A stretch of DNA of 32,000 nucleotides. It comes from Candidatus Saccharimonadota bacterium. Lineage in GTDB: Bacteria > Patescibacteriota > Saccharimonadia > Saccharimonadales > UBA4665. Made by a program: the position numbers and the translations under genes. Below, piece by piece: positions 27,881 to 32,000 of this stretch. Each line of letters opens with the position of its first letter. Position 1 is the first letter of the stretch. The notes below the pieces were generated by a model, which did no database searches, was not told the DNA's origin, and saw only the letters and a list, made by a program, of their open reading frames with translations. The DNA lies in contig OY970350.1 in assembly GCA_963718045.1 (NCBI GenBank), forward strand, positions 120,001-152,000, in the 5' to 3' direction.

Positions 27881-28200
27881 AAGAGATTGCTACTTCGCAT
27901 TGAGAGATGTGATGACAATGTGGCTAATAACGGTGAAACCTTCGCATGGTTAGTTCGTAGAGTCGTATAAATGCTGGTCCATATTATATGATTTGATTGA
28001 TGAATTAATCCTCTGACAGGTAATACCGTGGGAAGTCGAATGCTAGATTTATTCTAGCTAGTGACCCCGTAACGACTTAGTGCATTTTATGCACGGACTT
28101 AGCAGCAAGATTAATAATTAGGCTAGGTAATACGCCGCTGCCCTACTTTTATAGAGGGTAAAGATATAGTCTGCGCCTTTAGAAATAAAGGAACAAAGTG
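27881..28200 (+). mobile_element. Group I-like intron E at 23S L2656 (sarcin-ricin loop), 320 nt, no ORF (family 2)
   Basis: It interrupts CTTCTAGT|ACGAGAGGACCG, with U before and G last. Family-2 blocks lie at 28019-28037 and 28161-28172. Confidence 0.8.
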
Positions 28201-28581
28201 ACGAGAGGACCGAAGTGAACGCACCGCTGGTGTACCAGTTGTTCTACCAAGGGCATTGCTGGGTAGCTATGTGCGGACCAGATAAGCGCTGAAAGCATAT
28301 TAAGCGCGAAACTGACCTCAAGATTAGATTTCCCTATGAGGACACTGAAAGACGATCAGTTTGATAGGCGCAAGGTGGAAGCACGGTAACGTGTGCAGCC
28401 AAAGCGTACTAACAGTCCCATTGACTTTTTACGACTAGAACATATGATGCTTTAGCAACATGTGTTCTAGGTAAAGTGTATTGACTGGTCATTTGTATTT
28501 GCCAATACGTTTGTTATAATTGCTTTCCGATCTTTGCTATTCTTGGACACCAAGAAATCTTTGAAAGATTCAAGGATTAAA

Positions 28582-28693
28582 TTGGTGCCCATAGCGTGAG
28601 GGAAACACCTGTTCCCATGCCGAACACAGCAGTTAAGCCTCATAGCGGTTACAATACTTGGGGTTCACCCCTGGGAAAATAGCAAGGTGCCAA
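28582..28693 (+). rRNA. rrf: 5S rRNA
   Basis: TTGGTGCCCATAGCG..CCCATGCCGAACACAG..GTTAAGC..GGGAAAATAGCAAGGTGCCAA. The terminal helix pairs TTGGTGCC with GGTGCCAA (includes G-U pairs). Confidence 0.93.
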
Positions 28694-28702
28694 ACTATAA
28701 AA

Positions 28703-28735
28703 GCGGCCTCCGAGCGGGGGCTGCTTTTCTTATTT
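28703..28735 (+). terminator. Intrinsic terminator after 5S
   Basis: 9-bp stem GCGGCCTCC/GGGGGCTGC (with G-U pairs), a 4-nt loop, then TTTTCTTATTT. Confidence 0.7.
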
Positions 28736-28765
28736 ACAAAATAACCTTTATATTGCTAAAGATTA

Positions 28766-28794
28766 TTGACTTAAAAACAATAGCATGATATCAT
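28766..28794 (+). promoter_or_regulatory. Possible promoter for the KGG-repeat gene (TTGACT-17 nt-TATCAT)
   Basis: Hexamers and spacing read directly, ~90 nt upstream of the ATG. Confidence 0.45.
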
Positions 28795-28883
28795 AAAAGT
28801 AATTCGCGTTAGGAGGGGATGGTGTCTCTTTAGTCGCATCCTCTTTTTTATACACGAGAAGCATTAACAAGGAGGTCATAACA

Positions 28884-29075
28884 ATGGCTGGAACAAAAGC
28901 TGGCGGCAAAGCTGCTGCTGCAACTAACAAGAAAAAATATGGATCTGACTTTTACGCTAAAATTGGCGCAAAAGGCGGTAAATTAGGTCGAACTGGCGGA
29001 TTCTTCGCTAACCGTGAACTAGCTCATGTAGCTGGTGCCAAGGGCGGCAGAATCTCTCGTCGAACTAAGAAATAA
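28884..29075 (+). CDS. Small basic KGG-repeat protein (stress-induced YciG/Con-6-like family)
   Basis: 63 aa with repeated ..GAKGG(K/R).. and GGFFANRELAHVAGAKGG, resembling the KGG stress-protein repeat. Strong SD (AAGGAGG) 7 nt upstream. Confidence 0.7.
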   Translation: MAGTKAGGKAAAATNKKKYGSDFYAKIGAKGGKLGRTGGFFANRELAHVAGAKGGRISRRTKK

Positions 29076-29096
29076 GGTATTTTACCTTGTTATTAA

Positions 29097-29126
29097 AGGC
29101 TTCGGATAACATCTGGGGCCTTTTTG
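29097..29126. terminator. Hairpin terminator between convergent genes
   Basis: AGGCTTCGGA-TAACA-TCTGGGGCCT (10 bp including G-U pairs) followed by TTTTTGTTAT. It sits between the stops at 29075 (+) and 29127 (-). Confidence 0.5.
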
Positions 29127-29612
29127 TTATATAAAGACCTGGCGGCTAGCAAGGCTGTTATCGGCCATTCGGTATGTCCGGCAAAACCTTGAAGTAGTAA
29201 CCCGCCATCTCATATGGCAGTTGAAGCAGAAGTAATGGTTGAAATCACTTTGCTGTAAGCATTTGGTTGAGCATTTTGGACAAATACTTCTTTTGTATAG
29301 CCAATCCCTGTAAGTATCCAGGCAATCCTGGATGTGGTTATCATCGATAGAAATATCAAAATTGGTAGCTATTTCTTTAGCTTTTTGCCAAGCCTCTATT
29401 TCTAGCTTCAGGAGCATATAGTCGGCGTCATAATGGTGATGGTTCAAAAGGGCATGGCCAACCTCATGAAGCAGTGACCATTTATTAAGCTTTCCCTTTG
29501 AATCTGCCTTATAAAACACCTCATTGGTCTCTGGTGACCAATAAAAGCTGTCAGAAGGGCTTAAATTAAGTTTAGGGTACCTTTTTTTAATCTTTTGAAC
29601 TAACTCATCCAT
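29127..29612 (-). CDS. HExxH metallopeptidase-like protein (ImmA/IrrE-like motif) with C-terminal CxxC..CxxC zinc ribbon
   Basis: Contains LLHEVGHALLNH and CPKCSTKC..(12)..CFNCH. Its start overlaps the upstream gene's stop by 8 nt. Confidence 0.65.
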   Translation of the reverse strand: MDELVQKIKKRYPKLNLSPSDSFYWSPETNEVFYKADSKGKLNKWSLLHEVGHALLNHHHYDADYMLLKLEIEAWQKAKEIATNFDISIDDNHIQDCLDTYRDWLYKRSICPKCSTKCLQQSDFNHYFCFNCHMRWRVTTSRFCRTYRMADNSLASRQVFI

Positions 29613-30423
29613 TCTTTAGTGTCTGTTTAATATATTCATAGCAGCCGTAAACTACCGCATCATTAGCAACTTTTGCCTGTTCAAACTGCGGCATCTTTAT
29701 TAGGGGCAGATTATAGTCATTTATGGCATCTTTCAGAAAATCTACATACTTATAAAGGTATGCGCCGACACTTCCGCCAATAACTACCACTTGTGGCTGG
29801 GATATAGCTATCAGCCAGATTAAGCCTTCTGCTAAGTCCTTAGTGAATGATCGCCAGATTTCTGGGTCGTCTATGTCTTTTGCTAATTTGCCATATTTCT
29901 TAAGCAGAGATTTGCCTGAAGCTAAGGATTCCCAAGGTACAATTTGATCACCTCTTCTAAGAGGCAGGCTGCTTCCGCCGGGGTCACCAATGTCTGTATC
30001 TATTTTCAGATTGTCTATAACGGCAAAGCCAATACCTGTGCTGACCGTTAAATAGAGTACTCTTGAATACTTATCCTTAACCTGAACTGCTTCGTAAAGG
30101 CCAGCCATTTTGGCATCATTTTCAACTAGGATAGGGCAGTTAAGTATCTTCTTTAAATCATCAACTACACTGACATTTTGCCAAGGTAGATTAGAGAAAA
30201 TTATTCCTTTTCCTTGTTGTCTGTCTAACTGGGCGGCAGGAAGACCGATAGCGCCTTTTATGAAGGTTTTATCGTTGAACTTGCTTACAACAGCTTCTAC
30301 ATCTTTTAAGAAATCATCATAGTTTTTTGAGGTTGGAATTCGTACCTTTTCAACAAGATTACCATCATCAGTAAAACTGGCAACAAGTGTCTTAGTCCCC
30401 CCGACATCGATACAAATATACAT
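29605..30423 (-). CDS. ROK/glucokinase-like sugar kinase (ASKHA fold), short form
   Basis: N-terminal phosphate-1 motif ICIDVGGTKT, ENDAKMAGLYE, TVSTGIGFAV and IGGSVG. It lacks an HTH and the ROK Cys-rich zinc motif. Confidence 0.7.
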   Translation of the reverse strand: MYICIDVGGTKTLVASFTDDGNLVEKVRIPTSKNYDDFLKDVEAVVSKFNDKTFIKGAIGLPAAQLDRQQGKGIIFSNLPWQNVSVVDDLKKILNCPILVENDAKMAGLYEAVQVKDKYSRVLYLTVSTGIGFAVIDNLKIDTDIGDPGGSSLPLRRGDQIVPWESLASGKSLLKKYGKLAKDIDDPEIWRSFTKDLAEGLIWLIAISQPQVVVIGGSVGAYLYKYVDFLKDAINDYNLPLIKMPQFEQAKVANDAVVYGCYEYIKQTLKNG

Positions 30424-30529
30424 AATGCTAGTTTATCACGTGACTTAACTATTTTGACTTAATAAGGTGTAAAGGTGTATATTCAAGGTAATCTTATTAG
30501 TTGGTAATTAATTAAATCATGAGGATTTG

Positions 30530-30550
30530 GGGATAAATTTATCCCTTTTT
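30530..30550 (+). promoter_or_regulatory. Perfect palindromic hairpin + T-run in the rpsA 5' region (attenuator- or operator-like)
   Basis: GGGATAAATTTATCCC followed by TTTTT, ~40 nt upstream of the rpsA start, with no plus-strand gene upstream to terminate. Confidence 0.35.
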
Positions 30551-30589
30551 GCTAGCTAGGAGATACTTTGAAAGGGAGGATCTTTTTAA

Positions 30590-31726
30590 GTGAGTAGTAC
30601 TGCTACAATGGATGATCTGCTTGCCGGTTCAGATATTAAGGGCCTGGAAGTAGGTGATGTAGTCGAAGGAAAGATTACATCTGTAAAAAAGAATGAAATA
30701 TGGGTTGACCTTGGTGACAAGGGTGTTGGTGTTGTTATGCGCCGAGAAATTGGTCACGGCCAGGAATTAATACCAGGCCAGGATATAACAGTCAGTGTAA
30801 TTGACCCAGAGCTAGAAAACGGCCAGGTGCTATTAAGCATGAAGAGAGCCGCTAAAGACCGAGGCTGGGATGAGATTCAGCGAATCTTTGATGCCCAGGA
30901 AATTATTGAAGTTGCACCATACGATGCTAACAGAGGCGGCCTATTAGTCGAACTAGAAGGGATTAGAGGTTTTCTGCCAGTTTCCCAGCTAGCAGCCGGA
31001 CATTATCCAAGGGTATCTGGTGCCGACAAGGATGAGATATTGCAGAAATTAAGTGCCTTAACCAATGTCGGTATTAGAGTCCGTATCCTTGATGTTAGCC
31101 GTAAAGATAATAAGCTTATATTCTCTGAGAAAGAAGCTGTTAAAGATGACATGCAGTCCCGCTTTGCCGAGATTAAGGTTGGCGATGTAGTTGAGGGAAC
31201 AGTCACCGGTGTTATAGACTTTGGAGCCTTTGTTAATGTTGATGGCATTGAAGGGCTGATCCATATCTCTGAAATCTCTTGGGAAAGGGTAGACAATCCA
31301 AGAAGTTACCTTAAGGTTGGCGATAAAGTTAAGGCTAAGATCATTTCTATAGATAAAGACAGACTAAGCCTAAGTCTTAAGCAGACAACCGAAGACCCAT
31401 GGCTAGAACAAGTTAAAGCCTTTAAGAAGGGCAGTGTTGTTGAAGGCAAAGTAACTAGAATTACTCCTTTCGGCGCATTTGTTCAGCTAAGCCCAAGTGT
31501 TGAAGCATTAGTCCATGTCAGTGAAATGAGTGATGATGAAACAATCGATCCCGAGAAACTCTTCCAGCTTAATGAAAAGAAAGAATTTAAGGTCTTAGAC
31601 ATCGATGCCGATAACCGTAAAATAGCTTTGTCTTTAAAGGATGCTAAGCTTAAGACTAAAGCTAAAGAAGTTAAGGCGCCTAAGACTACCAGTGCAGATA
31701 AAAAGAAGAAGACTACCAAGGAATAA
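30590..31726 (+). CDS. rpsA: 30S ribosomal protein S1 (four S1 domains)
   Basis: Four S1/OB repeats (GDVVEGKITSV.., GFLPVSQL, VGDVVEGTVTGVIDFGAFVNV..GLIHISE, GSVVEGKVTRITPFGAFVQL..ALVHVSE). GTG start with GGGAGGA 9 nt upstream. An alternative ATG lies at 30608. Confidence 0.9.
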   Translation: MSSTATMDDLLAGSDIKGLEVGDVVEGKITSVKKNEIWVDLGDKGVGVVMRREIGHGQELIPGQDITVSVIDPELENGQVLLSMKRAAKDRGWDEIQRIFDAQEIIEVAPYDANRGGLLVELEGIRGFLPVSQLAAGHYPRVSGADKDEILQKLSALTNVGIRVRILDVSRKDNKLIFSEKEAVKDDMQSRFAEIKVGDVVEGTVTGVIDFGAFVNVDGIEGLIHISEISWERVDNPRSYLKVGDKVKAKIISIDKDRLSLSLKQTTEDPWLEQVKAFKKGSVVEGKVTRITPFGAFVQLSPSVEALVHVSEMSDDETIDPEKLFQLNEKKEFKVLDIDADNRKIALSLKDAKLKTKAKEVKAPKTTSADKKKKTTKE

Positions 31727-31770
31727 TATGTCGCTTAAGTAATCCGGGATTAACCCAGAAAGGAGTGTCA

Positions 31771-32000
31771 ATGGCAGCAAGCACACAGATCGAAATCGAA
31801 GACATGATAACCGTTGGCACCCTAGCCGAGCGATTATCTATACCTGTTACCAGACTTATAACCGAACTAATGAAGAACGGTGTTATGGCTACTGTTAACG
31901 AAAAAATAGACTTTGATACTGCTCAAATTATTACCGAAGAACTAGGACTAGACATAGAGCTTGTCAGAAAATCTGAAGACTCAGGCAGTAATAGATCAGG
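31771..32000 (+). CDS. infB: Translation initiation factor IF-2, N-terminal part (runs off the window)
   Basis: ATG with AAGGAG 6 nt upstream. My translation is MAASTQIEIEDMITVGTLAERLSIPVTRLITELMKNGVMATVNEKIDFDTAQIITEELG.., which is the IF2 N-terminal domain pattern. No stop before the window end. Confidence 0.7.
   Translation, partial: MAASTQIEIEDMITVGTLAERLSIPVTRLITELMKNGVMATVNEKIDFDTAQIITEELGLDIELVRKSEDSGSNRS

Noticed and set aside
30110-31719. Antisense ORFs within the ROK-like gene and rpsA (30110-30322, 31003-31296, 31058-31264, 31483-31719)
   Set aside because: They are nested in well-supported genes and have low-complexity translations.

Overview
I assign this chromosomal segment to a Saccharibacteria (TM7, Candidate Phyla Radiation) bacterium. 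From memory, the 16S carries the target sites of the TM7-specific oligos 580F, TM7905 and 1177R, plus the TM7 U912 signature. Layout in order: gyrB (3' part) and gyrA; a decayed copy of the rRNA leader and 16S 5' end; then two adjacent giant surface-protein genes with N-terminal membrane anchors, which fill about 46% of the window. The first is 3,124 aa with FN3-like modules and seven LVIVD repeats. The second is 1,760 aa with 18 GC-rich Kelch-like tandem units. Next comes a split (unlinked) rRNA locus: promoter+leader, 16S, a bidirectional terminator, antisense tRNA-Ile and tRNA-Ala, a membrane-protein gene, a second copy of the same promoter+leader, 23S and 5S. The rRNA genes carry seven insertions (2 in 16S, 5 in 23S, about 3.2 kb by my coordinates). 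Six look like group I introns of two sequence families, and two of these carry LAGLIDADG homing-endonuclease ORFs. The seventh, a 407-nt ORF-less insertion in the 16S decoding region, fits no class I can recognise. The window ends with a KGG-repeat small protein, an HExxH/zinc-ribbon protein, a ROK-like kinase, rpsA and the start of infB. I saw no CRISPR array, transposase, integrase or reverse transcriptase. RNA ends, intron junctions, promoters and hairpins were derived by hand and are good to a few nt at best.
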